Shown: piece after piece, positions 37,657-47,432 of the stretch
How the letters are laid out: every line of letters starts with the position of its first letter
Position numbering within the stretch: the first letter of the stretch is position 1
Sequence record: OP310984.1
Direction: 5' to 3' (one strand)
DNA length: 64,000 nt
Notes under the pieces: model-generated
Database searches by the model: none
Told to the model about the DNA's origin: nothing
What the model saw: the letters and a program-made list of their open reading frames with translations, nothing else
Program-made: the position numbers and the translations under genes

Positions 37657-39015
37657 TTAACTGATGCGATCGCGATAAGACCATTTAACAGTCTTAAGAA
37701 CAGCACTGTGCATTTTAGACATGAAGATGGATAGGAATCGACCACCAACACCTGCTGCTGCTGCCGGAATGCCATTGGGGTTCTCTGACATTTGTTTACC
37801 CATACAGACAGCACATACGTTCTTACCTCTACCTATTACACCATTAGCTGGATCACCACCGGCCTTACATGTCATTGGACCACGTAGTTCAATCTCAGTG
37901 CCAACTAGTTCATCAATATTAGTTTCTTCAATAAGGATAGATTTCCCATTCTTAACATAAGACAAGCCAATGAAATCTTTCTTATTAAATTGGTGAACAG
38001 TAGTTGGAATACCTATCCATGTATTGCAGTCTTCCATAATAATCCTGACTGTACCAACCATTCGATAAATCGTTTTAGTTGACTCACCGCCTAGGGCTGT
38101 TTGTGCACCACGGTTATATGAACCATAACGTAATGAGTTATTCATTACTGGCATATGGTCAGTGTCAATGCCTTCTTCCAATGATTTACCGATATATTCA
38201 ACTGATGTACCATCTTGGAATGGCGCTTCCCCACCAAACATACCAAATACTTTCTTACGCACGCCACCAAATAATTTACTATGTTTAGTGTCATAGAACT
38301 CATAAGAAGGATCGTCTTTTAGATAGTCCTCATCTAGCTTGATTAATGCATTACCCATTTCTGCAATAACAGCCGGATCATCTAACCGATCTTTATATTT
38401 CTCTTCTAGTTCTTTACGTAACTTATCTCTGTCTGGTGCAGAGGTCATTGATTTCTCAGTAATGGATGTTACCAAGGTACTGGCATATGCTGGCAATGCT
38501 AAACAATGATCTGCAAACATCCGATATTGCCATACATATAACTTACCATCAGTTGCACGCGGTGGATTATCATCATCAATTGGATCATCGATCATGCGGT
38601 TAAGAATTTCTTTCTCAACTTTACCAATATCGAAATAACCAGATTGGAATGGGAACAGATCACCAAAAGGTAAACATAATACTAAATGGTTAACAAAAAC
38701 GTTACCATAAGTTGTTCTTAATGCACCTGGTCCTTTATAGTTTTCAATTTCACCAGGTTGTAAAATGAATTCATCTCGAAACGCTAATGGTTGTTTACCT
38801 TCAACGTAATCATCGATATAAACAACTTCATCATTAGAATCACCTTCTTTATAGAAGAACATTTTACCATCTTTGAAATATGGCTTGTATAGATATTCAC
38901 CGCCATCATTCGGGTTATAAACGATATTAAATAAAACGTTAATCCATGCTCGTTTCTTATCTAATCCAGCATTGATACCCATTAGAAAATAATCACGTAA
39001 TTTCATTAGTATCAC
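37657..39015 (-). CDS. rpoC: Virion RNA polymerase beta' C-terminal subunit (gp80-like)
   Basis: Bridge-helix-like RGAQTALGGESTKTIYRM, Zn ligands EDC...MTC...CAVC, trigger-loop-like AAGVGGRFLSIFMSKMH. Confidence 0.85.
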   Translation of the reverse strand: MILMKLRDYFLMGINAGLDKKRAWINVLFNIVYNPNDGGEYLYKPYFKDGKMFFYKEGDSNDEVVYIDDYVEGKQPLAFRDEFILQPGEIENYKGPGALRTTYGNVFVNHLVLCLPFGDLFPFQSGYFDIGKVEKEILNRMIDDPIDDDNPPRATDGKLYVWQYRMFADHCLALPAYASTLVTSITEKSMTSAPDRDKLRKELEEKYKDRLDDPAVIAEMGNALIKLDEDYLKDDPSYEFYDTKHSKLFGGVRKKVFGMFGGEAPFQDGTSVEYIGKSLEEGIDTDHMPVMNNSLRYGSYNRGAQTALGGESTKTIYRMVGTVRIIMEDCNTWIGIPTTVHQFNKKDFIGLSYVKNGKSILIEETNIDELVGTEIELRGPMTCKAGGDPANGVIGRGKNVCAVCMGKQMSENPNGIPAAAAGVGGRFLSIFMSKMHSAVLKTVKWSYRDRIS

Positions 39016-39850
39016 CTATGCTATTTAAAATCTTTTTAGCTTCATTTTCCATAATAGATCGTTCAATATTGTTAGATGTGAAATCATCTATAATACCCAT
39101 TACGGTTCTACTAATTTCATTCTGTTCAGTATTTGAAATTAACACTAATCCGACAATTTCTTTAGCAACTTCAATAGGTGTCATAGCATCTAATGGGCCA
39201 AATGAAATTTGTAATAGGTCATCGATATTCCTTTTACCAACACGTAATCCTGCATTAACTAGATCCATAGCTAACTTAAATGATGCACGCGTGTGAATAC
39301 GAATAAGGCGATTAATTAAATTAATCCGTTCGACATTACTTACATTGTCATATGCTTGACCACGGGTAGTAAGTACTGACTGAATAAATGATGTAATATT
39401 ACTAATAACTGTTGGCGATACACTTTCAATTAAGTCAATGATATTTAAGAAATCTACACTTGTATCAATAAGTTCTACCAGATGTGCTAATGTCTCTTCG
39501 GGTGAATACTCAGCTAACAGAATATCATTCACTTCATCTGGAATAATGTAATCTTCTAAACTAAGGAGCGTATTAACAACAGCTTGCCGTTCAGCCTGAG
39601 TTGCTTCATCACTAATTTTAATAAGATGTTCATTTAGAATTTCATCTTGTGCAATGCGAATGATATCATCAATGCGAGAAAGAAGCATTGCATTATCTGA
39701 GATACCTGATTGAATCTGACATACTGTATTTAGTTCATCTAGAGCTGCAACATAATTAATCTTTTCAAAAGATGCTACGCAGTCTAGGATAACTTCTTTA
39801 CGCTCTTCATGTATAAGAGGCGTAAGATAACTATCAATGAAATCTTTCAT
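38993..39850 (-). CDS. Conserved hypothetical protein (gp79-like)
   Basis: ORF track frame; start MKDF with AAGGA SD. Confidence 0.7.
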   Translation of the reverse strand: MKDFIDSYLTPLIHEERKEVILDCVASFEKINYVAALDELNTVCQIQSGISDNAMLLSRIDDIIRIAQDEILNEHLIKISDEATQAERQAVVNTLLSLEDYIIPDEVNDILLAEYSPEETLAHLVELIDTSVDFLNIIDLIESVSPTVISNITSFIQSVLTTRGQAYDNVSNVERINLINRLIRIHTRASFKLAMDLVNAGLRVGKRNIDDLLQISFGPLDAMTPIEVAKEIVGLVLISNTEQNEISRTVMGIIDDFTSNNIERSIMENEAKKILNSIGDTNEIT

Positions 39851-40020
39851 GACGATATCCTTTTTATACGGAATTATTAACATAGGGTTGGACAGATAGT
39901 TATTCTTTAATATAGTGTAAAATTACCAAATGTGTTAAATATATGTTGAACTAATCATTTTTTCATTTGTCAATTTATATTGGCAAATATTAAATTAAGC
40001 CTCTATCGGAGTATAACAAG

Positions 40021-40515
40021 ATGTCAAATAAAGCTAAAGAACCAACTCTAACTAAAGAACAGGAAAAGACTCTACGTCTATTTGAACGTGCAGTTGGAGC
40101 ATCAGCTGCGGCAGCTGATCATATTCTTAATCGCGATGGTTGGGATGTTGTCAATGTACTAGCAGGTTCTGTAGGTAAGCGTATTCTACAAACTGAAGTA
40201 TTTATTAATCCAGTTATTAATAAGATCAATGAAATCATTCCGACGTTATCTGATCCTACTGGATTCCAAAAGAACCTACAAACAGTTATTGCCGACCTTA
40301 ATCGACTAACTAAAATTATCAGTGTCCTATATGCACAACATCAAGGTAAGGCTGGTCCAGCAAATAATGAAGATGAACTAAAACTCATCAGTGAACTTGT
40401 TACTAAATACACTGGTATTGAAGGTGCTATTGAACGCGGTATTGATGGTGTAATCCTAGCGATGATCGGCACTCTTCGAGAAGCTGGTTGGGACGAAAAA
40501 CTAATTCAACAATAA
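40021..40515 (+). CDS. Hypothetical helical protein (gp78-like)
   Basis: ORF track; GGAG SD. Confidence 0.7.
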   Translation: MSNKAKEPTLTKEQEKTLRLFERAVGASAAAADHILNRDGWDVVNVLAGSVGKRILQTEVFINPVINKINEIIPTLSDPTGFQKNLQTVIADLNRLTKIISVLYAQHQGKAGPANNEDELKLISELVTKYTGIEGAIERGIDGVILAMIGTLREAGWDEKLIQQ

Positions 40516-40526
40516 TGGAGTTTTAA

Positions 40527-42128
40527 ATGGCTACTGCTGACTTCGATAATGAGTACGATGATACTCCAGAAGAGAATTTACTAGATCAAATTGATGAGAT
40601 CAATGCGCAACACGATCCTGACTCTAGTATTGAAAATAATGACGAGGTGGAAACTCCACCTTTCGTTCCTGATCAAAAAGAAATTAAACTACGTATTCCA
40701 CGTAATGCTAAAACTGGAAATATCCGGGATGCTTCTGAACCGGCTATTAAAGATAGTGCTAGCATTCTTACTTTACTACGTGAGAATCCCCAGACTGTTT
40801 ATAATTTCCTGGATCACAATAAAGAACTATTTAAAGCATTTGCTGATAATAAAGTAGATGACACTAGTGACGGTGTAAAGTGGACAGCTGCTATTCTGGA
40901 AGGCTTAGCTCACTCTATTGTTGAAGATTCGCCAATTGGTGCAACTGCCCGAGAAGGTTCTGAATGGTCTAGTGAAATTCCTTATGGTGAAAAGATCATT
41001 CGACCTGGCCGACCTGTATTTAATACCAATGGTCGTAAAATGACCGATGATGAAACTCTAGTTTTCCTAACACGTAAAGCTAACATCGGTACGCCATATG
41101 ATACTTTCCTACCTCATTCAGGTATTTGGGTAAAACTACGTGCACCTACTGGTACTGAAGTAGCTGCCCTACAAGCACGTCTAGCACAATTAAAGATCCG
41201 GCTAGGCGCTGAATCAAAAGGTATGCTGTTCTCAAACATGGCAGCTGTGTTACTTAACATGGTTAGTAGTTTAGCACTTGCATGTGTTATTCAATCCAAC
41301 TATAAGTTCAACACTCCAACTGACCTAGAGCATGTTATCTCAGTAGCTGATGAACCATTCTTACATCATGCACTAGCGGCGACTATGTATCCAGATGGAT
41401 TTAATTATAGTTATCCATGCATTGCAGATGCCAATACATGTAACCATATTGAAACAGCGAAACTTAATATGTCAACGCTTGTTCAATATGATCTACTGGC
41501 ATTCTCAGAAGAACAAAAGAAATATATTGCACGTAAGTTTAATGCATGTACTGAATCTGATCTTAAGACTTATAAAGAAGGATTCCGTATTGAAACTCAA
41601 GTAACTGAAATGTTTGGTGACGTTGGTGTTGTTCTTGAGATGTGTACAATTGCTGATCGCCGAGAGTCTGGTGATAGTTGGATTAACTCAATTATCGATA
41701 TGACTCAAGGTAGTTTTAATGAACCAGTCGATGGTCCGCAACGTTCTCAGTATATTGCACGTTTACAAAAGATCTCTATTGCCCGTCAGTTCTCACATTT
41801 TGTTAAAGAAATTAAAGTACGTGAAGATGACGATGGTGAAAGTTCTGAAGACAATATTCGTACTGCAACCACTAATCGTGAAACTATTGAAAAGTTCTTA
41901 ACTAATATTCTATCCACACCGGAATATAATGACCGCTTTATTAATGCGGTGAGTAACTTCATTGATTCACAACTAATTGGAATGATTGCAATTACAAGTT
42001 GGAATTGTCCAGTATGTGAGTCACCTGCTGCTACTAAATTTAAAGAACGTTTCCCACACTTAATCCCTATTGACATGCTGTCAACTTTTTTTACTTTGGC
42101 GGCCTCGAAGTCAAACCGGATGGTGTAG
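40527..42128 (+). CDS. Probable tail/baseplate assembly chaperone (gp77-like), zero-frame product
   Basis: 533 aa; YPC..C and WNCPVC Zn-type motifs and terminal STFF, like T4 gp26/gp51-type chaperones (inference). Confidence 0.6.
   Translation: MATADFDNEYDDTPEENLLDQIDEINAQHDPDSSIENNDEVETPPFVPDQKEIKLRIPRNAKTGNIRDASEPAIKDSASILTLLRENPQTVYNFLDHNKELFKAFADNKVDDTSDGVKWTAAILEGLAHSIVEDSPIGATAREGSEWSSEIPYGEKIIRPGRPVFNTNGRKMTDDETLVFLTRKANIGTPYDTFLPHSGIWVKLRAPTGTEVAALQARLAQLKIRLGAESKGMLFSNMAAVLLNMVSSLALACVIQSNYKFNTPTDLEHVISVADEPFLHHALAATMYPDGFNYSYPCIADANTCNHIETAKLNMSTLVQYDLLAFSEEQKKYIARKFNACTESDLKTYKEGFRIETQVTEMFGDVGVVLEMCTIADRRESGDSWINSIIDMTQGSFNEPVDGPQRSQYIARLQKISIARQFSHFVKEIKVREDDDGESSEDNIRTATTNRETIEKFLTNILSTPEYNDRFINAVSNFIDSQLIGMIAITSWNCPVCESPAATKFKERFPHLIPIDMLSTFFTLAASKSNRMV
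42086..42092 (+). promoter_or_regulatory. Candidate -1 ribosomal frameshift heptamer T-TTT-TTT
   Basis: In-frame X-XXY-YYZ; -1 frame opens after TGA 42071..42073 and stays open to 42589. Confidence 0.75.
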
Positions 42129-42589
42129 TTAATGATCTGAGATATAGTCGTCTTGAGGCCACTTTCAAGGAAGATAGTGGTCACATCCTACATCCAAACT
42201 TTGGTTATGATAAGTTAACTGAAGATGATACACACTTAGATAGACTATTATCGACAGTAGGGGCAGTAAGACCGTCTACAGCAGCACGTTTAACAAGAGA
42301 AGCATATCTACTTGATTACGATATCGGTTCACCAGAAAACGGACCCATGTGGTTAAATAAGGTAAATCCTAAAGAGGACTTTATCGAAGGTGGGTTGAGA
42401 AGGAGACTGACTAGAGATTTCTTCAAGTATAAAGTAGGTAGCTTATCTAATATGTCATTAACTGAATTCTTTGAATTAGCTTATTCTGAGGTAGAATACA
42501 TAATTGAATTATGTAGAAATATTACCCATAATGAAGCTGTTAATAACAATAACCAGTTAAATGAATTAAACAAGCCGTTAACTAAATAA
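42092..42589 (+). CDS. -1 frame extension of gp77 (gp76-like; GT-type chaperone), 165 aa
   Basis: YFGGLEVKPDGVVNDLRYSRLEATF...; 85 open codons precede the first ATG (42347), none ATG/GTG/TTG. Confidence 0.7.
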   Translation, partial: YFGGLEVKPDGVVNDLRYSRLEATFKEDSGHILHPNFGYDKLTEDDTHLDRLLSTVGAVRPSTAARLTREAYLLDYDIGSPENGPMWLNKVNPKEDFIEGGLRRRLTRDFFKYKVGSLSNMSLTEFFELAYSEVEYIIELCRNITHNEAVNNNNQLNELNKPLTK

Positions 42590-42605
42590 AAAAAATAAAG
42601 ACAGG

Positions 42606-42633
42606 CCCCTCTCCACATGGAGAGGGGTTTATG
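42606..42633. terminator. Bidirectional terminator
   Basis: CCCCTCTCC-ACAT-GGAGAGGGG-TTTATG between convergent genes. Confidence 0.75.
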
Positions 42634-42638
42634 TCGCC

Positions 42639-42782
42639 TTACTTACGTGCAAAGCTAGCTACAAGACCTTTGATAGCTAGAGCGACCATCCAGGCCGTTA
42701 ACCCCTTCATTGGGCGGATATCAACCCGTTCTTCGATATCCAGATTGCCCTCACTATTGATTACCTCAATTCGTACTTGCAT
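42639..42782 (-). CDS. Small protein with C-terminal hydrophobic helix (47 aa), not in ORF track
   Basis: MQVRIEVINSEGNLDIEERVDIRPMKGLTAWMVALAIKGLVASFARK*; AAGGAG SD. Confidence 0.7.
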   Translation of the reverse strand: MQVRIEVINSEGNLDIEERVDIRPMKGLTAWMVALAIKGLVASFARK

Positions 42783-42877
42783 GGTCTACTCCTTATCAGG
42801 GTGGGATATGATATTCAAAAGTCTTTTGATATAAAGATGGCATATTACCCCACCAATAAAAGGCAGGGTAATATTTA

Positions 42878-43072
42878 TTAAACCATCAGATATCCTAATG
42901 GGAATAAAGCAAAGAAGCCATATAAAACAACAAGCAGTGTCTTTTGGCGAACATACCGGGATTTAATACTATCTTTATCTAAGTCAAACTTGACATAAAG
43001 ATAAATCTGATAACTTTTATATCCCATACTAGCCACAAGGGCTATTACTATAAGTTGACACAAAAAGACCAT
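42878..43072 (-). CDS. Small two-TM membrane protein (64 aa)
   Basis: Two hydrophobic stretches separated by a charged loop. Confidence 0.6.
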   Translation of the reverse strand: MVFLCQLIVIALVASMGYKSYQIYLYVKFDLDKDSIKSRYVRQKTLLVVLYGFFALFPLGYLMV

Positions 43073-43127
43073 AGTGGGATGCTCTTATTATTAGAGAACA
43101 ATGATCAATTGTTCTTACATAGCATGT

Positions 43128-43319
43128 CTATTTAATATGCATGATTATCATATTAAATAACCACAACCCTAACATAAGGGTAAACATACTGCAAATCAAG
43201 CCACTTACAATCATTGCTTTTTGTTTGATTGTTTTAGCAGCAGCAAGAAATATAATTGAAGTTATTAATCCACTAAATGCAATTAATAGTGGTACTAAAA
43301 ATAACAATACCCGAGCCAT
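43128..43319 (-). CDS. Small two-TM membrane protein (63 aa)
   Basis: GAGGTG SD; two hydrophobic stretches around KTIKQK. Confidence 0.65.
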   Translation of the reverse strand: MARVLLFLVPLLIAFSGLITSIIFLAAAKTIKQKAMIVSGLICSMFTLMLGLWLFNMIIMHIK

Positions 43320-43331
43320 ATAGACACCTCA

Positions 43332-43589
43332 TCAAAATAGATAAGTTGTACATGTCAGTGAATAGTTAGTCCAGCAACTAACAATAGTACTTACCCATAT
43401 GGTAACTAATACAATGCTTACGGAGAGAAAAAGCATAGCGTACTGGCATGCACTTTTATTAAAGATATCTTTAAACTCAAGATATGTTTTAATAATAAAT
43501 ATCAGCATGCATGTTAGAAGAATATCAACTAAGATCAAAGTACTGACTAGAAGCCATGTTGCACCAAAGATCTGATCAACTGTATACAT
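43332..43589 (-). CDS. Small two-TM membrane protein (85 aa)
   Basis: Start MYTVD coupled by TAATG to upstream 21-aa ORF (track start 43604). Confidence 0.65.
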   Translation of the reverse strand: MYTVDQIFGATWLLVSTLILVDILLTCMLIFIIKTYLEFKDIFNKSACQYAMLFLSVSIVLVTIWVSTIVSCWTNYSLTCTTYLF

Positions 43590-43654
43590 TATTTCCACTC
43601 CCATAGTTTATAAGCTATAACTACAATTGTAATCATAATCAATTTTTTCTTCAT
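43589..43654 (-). CDS. Micro-protein, single TM (21 aa), not in ORF track
   Basis: MKKKLIMITIVVIAYKLWEWK*; AGGG SD; first ORF after promoter motif. Confidence 0.55.
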   Translation of the reverse strand: MKKKLIMITIVVIAYKLWEWK

Positions 43655-43683
43655 TGTAAATACCCTATAGTTTTATCACATTT

Positions 43684-43691
43684 GTGATATA
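43684..43691 (-). promoter_or_regulatory. Early-promoter variant TATATCAC
   Basis: TTTTAAACAG-TATATCAC, same upstream context as 5960 and 7148. Confidence 0.65.
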
Positions 43692-43728
43692 CTGTTTAAA
43701 ATGCTTTAAATACAAAAAATAAAAAAAG

Positions 43729-43764
43729 CATAATCCCTCCCAACTAAGGGAGGGATCATTTATG
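43729..43764. terminator. Hairpin flanked by CATAA/TTATG
   Basis: CATAA overlapping ATCCCTCCC-AACTAA-GGGAGGGAT, then cat-TTATG. Confidence 0.7.
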
Positions 43765-43771
43765 CCATTTA

Positions 43772-45310
43772 CTATAAACGCATCATGCGCATACTTTTAG
43801 TTTTACCCATGAAATGATTTTCTTTATTTCTAGCGTATCTGCAATGATGAGGTATGTTATTACAAACCATGAATGTTAACCTTGGTATTACATCAGGCCA
43901 GTTCTTCAATGGTCTTAGTCGTCCAAGAATTTGGATGCTGTCCTTTTTAGAGTCAGTTGCTTGTAATAGAATAACTTCCCTTAAATTCCTAATATCAACA
44001 CCAGTACCAGATGATTTAATAGTTGATACAGTGATATCATTAGTCATTAATCTATCATACGGACTACCCGAAACATGTCTATTAATCTGAAGATCTGGAT
44101 ATTGTTTCTTAAGATAAGCTGTCAGTACATCGATAAAGTTTACAGTCGCGCATAATAGCAAACATTTCTGACCTTCAATACGATCCTTTATATAAACGCC
44201 ATCTACAATACGTTTAACCATCTTTAAATAGAAGTCTAGTCGCCTAGGATTCTTCATCATTACTGTTTCATAACGAGCATGGTTATATGTATTTTTAAAT
44301 GGAGTTAAATAGTCCTTAGGTTTAATAGTTGGTTCACTATATAACAAGCCAATAACATTGATGTATGAGTCATATGCAGGTAACCTACACTTTGTAGTGG
44401 CAGGTAGCATGACATCAATCATTTTAGTAACAAACTGATTACCAGTGTATGGAGTAGCTGATAAATAGATTTGTTTATTGACATTGGTATATAGATCAGT
44501 ACGAAATACTAATCCTGGATCTTCTTGAATCTCATCATTGATCTGCCAACCTGCTCCAATAACCTCATGGAATCTAGGTGGTGGTACATTAAATCCAACT
44601 ACATCGATTTTTTCACCTAATCGTTCAAAAGTATCGATATATGCACGGTATGTTGTAGAACTAATGAGAATAATTTCAACACCCTCTAAATCATTCTCTA
44701 GTCCGCGATTAATTAGATTCTGTAACTCAGCAGATCCAGATACTTTTAAATATTTTATACCTAGCTGATCTTCATAACCAACAAATGTTTCTTTTAATGC
44801 TTTCTCCCAAATACCGAAATATTTAGGTGGAATCATAACAACACCACGTTCTTTCATTACTGCAACTGAAGCTAAACTAGTTAAGGTTTTACCTTTACCA
44901 GTCTGTAAATCAACACGTGCTGAATGTAAATGTGGTCTTAGAATATCTTCGCGGATGGTTTCCTGATAATCCCTTAGAACATAATGTTCAAATAAAGTAT
45001 AGTCTACTTTAACAGCTGTTGGTACAGGAATATCTACAATTTCAATTCTAGTAGATGGTATATTCTTATCGGCTAGATAATTAATAAGTTCTTGAAGACA
45101 TTCACGATGGATGAATACAGATTTACCATCTTCTGTTTCACCATAATATTTTTTCTTTATTTCCATTATGGTGCGTTGACCAGGTATCTTCTTAGGTTCT
45201 TTTAAAACCAGTTTATTAAGATATCCAGTCATCTTTAAGTATGTTTCCCGATCGTAACCGGATAAACGAACACCATGGGTGTATCGTTCTGCTGTAAGAA
45301 TCGGTTTCAT
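43772..45310 (-). CDS. Superfamily 2 helicase, UvsW-like (gp75-like)
   Basis: Walker A LQTGKGKT, Walker B INDEIQE, motif III SATP, motif VI QILGRLR; start moved to MKPIL (track start 45385). Confidence 0.85.
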   Translation of the reverse strand: MKPILTAERYTHGVRLSGYDRETYLKMTGYLNKLVLKEPKKIPGQRTIMEIKKKYYGETEDGKSVFIHRECLQELINYLADKNIPSTRIEIVDIPVPTAVKVDYTLFEHYVLRDYQETIREDILRPHLHSARVDLQTGKGKTLTSLASVAVMKERGVVMIPPKYFGIWEKALKETFVGYEDQLGIKYLKVSGSAELQNLINRGLENDLEGVEIILISSTTYRAYIDTFERLGEKIDVVGFNVPPPRFHEVIGAGWQINDEIQEDPGLVFRTDLYTNVNKQIYLSATPYTGNQFVTKMIDVMLPATTKCRLPAYDSYINVIGLLYSEPTIKPKDYLTPFKNTYNHARYETVMMKNPRRLDFYLKMVKRIVDGVYIKDRIEGQKCLLLCATVNFIDVLTAYLKKQYPDLQINRHVSGSPYDRLMTNDITVSTIKSSGTGVDIRNLREVILLQATDSKKDSIQILGRLRPLKNWPDVIPRLTFMVCNNIPHHCRYARNKENHFMGKTKSMRMMRL

Positions 45311-45368
45311 AAAAAAATCAACGATCGGTAAGGGGAGCAGTGCTCCCCAAACCTCACGTCCTCCACGT

Positions 45369-47402
45369 CTATCGCAGTTTACCACCTTTAACTAGTAAGT
45401 CATATGGATGGTCATTCCTCATCTTGTTAAGGAAACTGCCTGGGTTATTTAGTGGCTCATGCTGCTTTTCGAAAGCCATCGCACCACCTAAACTACGACA
45501 TTGCATTAGCCTATTATATTTTTCAAATTGGCCATTAATACCGGGTTTAGGTAAGCGATAGTCTCGATATTGAGCTGAACGGATCATCATAGCGTATATC
45601 AAGATCTCACAATGGGAAATATTAAGGCTAATCTTTTCATTAGCCATTGTTGCAAATACAGGTAGTGCTTCAATTGGTGACTTGTAGTTTTTAAGATACG
45701 TTTTAGACGTATATCCAACTTTCTCAGTGCTTAGTTTACCTGCCTCGGCTGAGTCACTACCGGAATGTAAGAAACTTTGGAATCGTTTCATTACTTCATA
45801 CATGTTTACGTGCTTATTTGGTAGCGTTAAGAATGGTAGGTTAAAATCAAAACCACGAAGACTAATGACGATATTGTCTCGCTGATCTAGTTCCCAACGG
45901 ACCATCTTAATATGCTTTAGCATTTCAATAGATAGACTAGCCCTACGGTTATACAGCGACACAGTCAGAACATCACCACATTCACCATTCACCTCATCAT
46001 CATAGACTAGGGCCAGGCTGGTTAGTTCAGTAGCTGAAGTAGCTGGATATGCAGTAAGGTCATCAATCATTAAAATGTCAGCAAGGTTTTCTGCCTCTGA
46101 CCGTGCGATTACTAAACGATAATCCTTCTGAGTAAGTTCTTTCTTTAGATATAGTGTCTCTGGGATTTCACCTGTTCTTAAATAATTACTTTCAATTTTG
46201 CCAAGTTTATATTGTTCTACAGCAGAAGACGCATCGGTGTGTTTAGTAGACAATACTGCTGAAGTAATTTTGTCACCCATCGATACGGCAGCAACCTGAC
46301 CGATATTAGTTCCTTTTGGAATATTGATACCTAGTCGGCCATAACAAGTCATACAGATACCCTGACTATCTGGATGATTACATCCAAATACAGACCTGAA
46401 TTTCTGTTTAGTTCCAATTAGGTGTGTTTCATTTCCACGGATCCAGTCTAGTTTACCATCTTCTTTTTGATAATATTTTCCTTTGAATGCTTTTAAAGTT
46501 AACTTAGTTACAGGATACTCAGCTAAGATTGTGGTCTTACAATCACCAGGATGTAGCCTTTGGACATATTGTGCAATAAGCTGAGATTTCCGGTTAAAGT
46601 ATTCAGTTACTCGCAGTAGTTCTTTGTTATATAGTAGTGCTTTAGTACCTGAACGAGATTCAATCATATTCTCATACAGATTCCAAATACCATCAATATA
46701 ACCAGTTGTTACCGGATATTTAAAGATATCTGAGTTAATGTCAGTTGGAAAGCCCCGCCAAGCAAATGCTTGTAGAAGCTGTTCAGTTTTCTGAGTACCA
46801 GAACGAAGACCTTCAATGATGCTGTTACCAATGAATTGGGTAGGATCATTAAATACTTCTTTGACTTTACCATAACTAATTTTTTCGATACCATAAGTAG
46901 TTGGTTCGATATTATGGTTAGCCTCACGTACCTTGGGATGATTATATACTTCAGCAATATCAAACATCGACAAGGTTGCTAGATATTCAGACAGTTTCAC
47001 AGTGGTCTGATTATACAGCCAGTTCTTACCTTCAATAGCCAGTTTAGATAGTACTTCAGGATCTACTGTTTCACCTGACCAATCATAGATGTTCCAAATA
47101 GCCTTATTTAAATGCTTAACCATGGCCTTAGATGTTACTCGGCCACCTTCAACATTTAGATAATCTTTAGGGTTATCAGTTAAGATGCGATTGAAATCGA
47201 TATGGTGATCAGATGGAATTGGGCAATCTTTATAATGTTTAAGAGGATACCAACACAGAACGGATAATTTGGTAATACGGTCAACTGACACAACCGTTTT
47301 ACCATCATCAAATTCGATTAGATGCCATTCTGAAGGGAGTGACCATAAATCATCATAACTTAGATTTAGAAGATCACGCGCTTTATAACGATTAAGATTC
47401 AT
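45369..47402 (-). CDS. rpoC: Non-virion RNA polymerase beta' C-terminal subunit (gp74)
   Basis: Recognised sequence; bridge-helix EYFNRKSQL, Zn motif GICMTCYG, trigger loop AAVSMGDKITSAVLSTKH. Confidence 0.92.
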   Translation of the reverse strand: MNLNRYKARDLLNLSYDDLWSLPSEWHLIEFDDGKTVVSVDRITKLSVLCWYPLKHYKDCPIPSDHHIDFNRILTDNPKDYLNVEGGRVTSKAMVKHLNKAIWNIYDWSGETVDPEVLSKLAIEGKNWLYNQTTVKLSEYLATLSMFDIAEVYNHPKVREANHNIEPTTYGIEKISYGKVKEVFNDPTQFIGNSIIEGLRSGTQKTEQLLQAFAWRGFPTDINSDIFKYPVTTGYIDGIWNLYENMIESRSGTKALLYNKELLRVTEYFNRKSQLIAQYVQRLHPGDCKTTILAEYPVTKLTLKAFKGKYYQKEDGKLDWIRGNETHLIGTKQKFRSVFGCNHPDSQGICMTCYGRLGINIPKGTNIGQVAAVSMGDKITSAVLSTKHTDASSAVEQYKLGKIESNYLRTGEIPETLYLKKELTQKDYRLVIARSEAENLADILMIDDLTAYPATSATELTSLALVYDDEVNGECGDVLTVSLYNRRASLSIEMLKHIKMVRWELDQRDNIVISLRGFDFNLPFLTLPNKHVNMYEVMKRFQSFLHSGSDSAEAGKLSTEKVGYTSKTYLKNYKSPIEALPVFATMANEKISLNISHCEILIYAMMIRSAQYRDYRLPKPGINGQFEKYNRLMQCRSLGGAMAFEKQHEPLNNPGSFLNKMRNDHPYDLLVKGGKLR

Positions 47403-47432
47403 TATTTACCTCTTGTATTATTAAACCCCTGA

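Noticed and set aside
41786-42184. 132-aa minus-strand ORF over the gp77/76 junction
   Set aside because: Shadow of gp77; no SD; it does not explain the open plus-strand -1 frame
43772-45385. Track start of the helicase at 45385, overlapping gp74
   Set aside because: The 25-codon extension runs through a hairpin and is not helicase-like; MKPIL at 45310 is preferred. Similar over-long track starts were trimmed for several other genes
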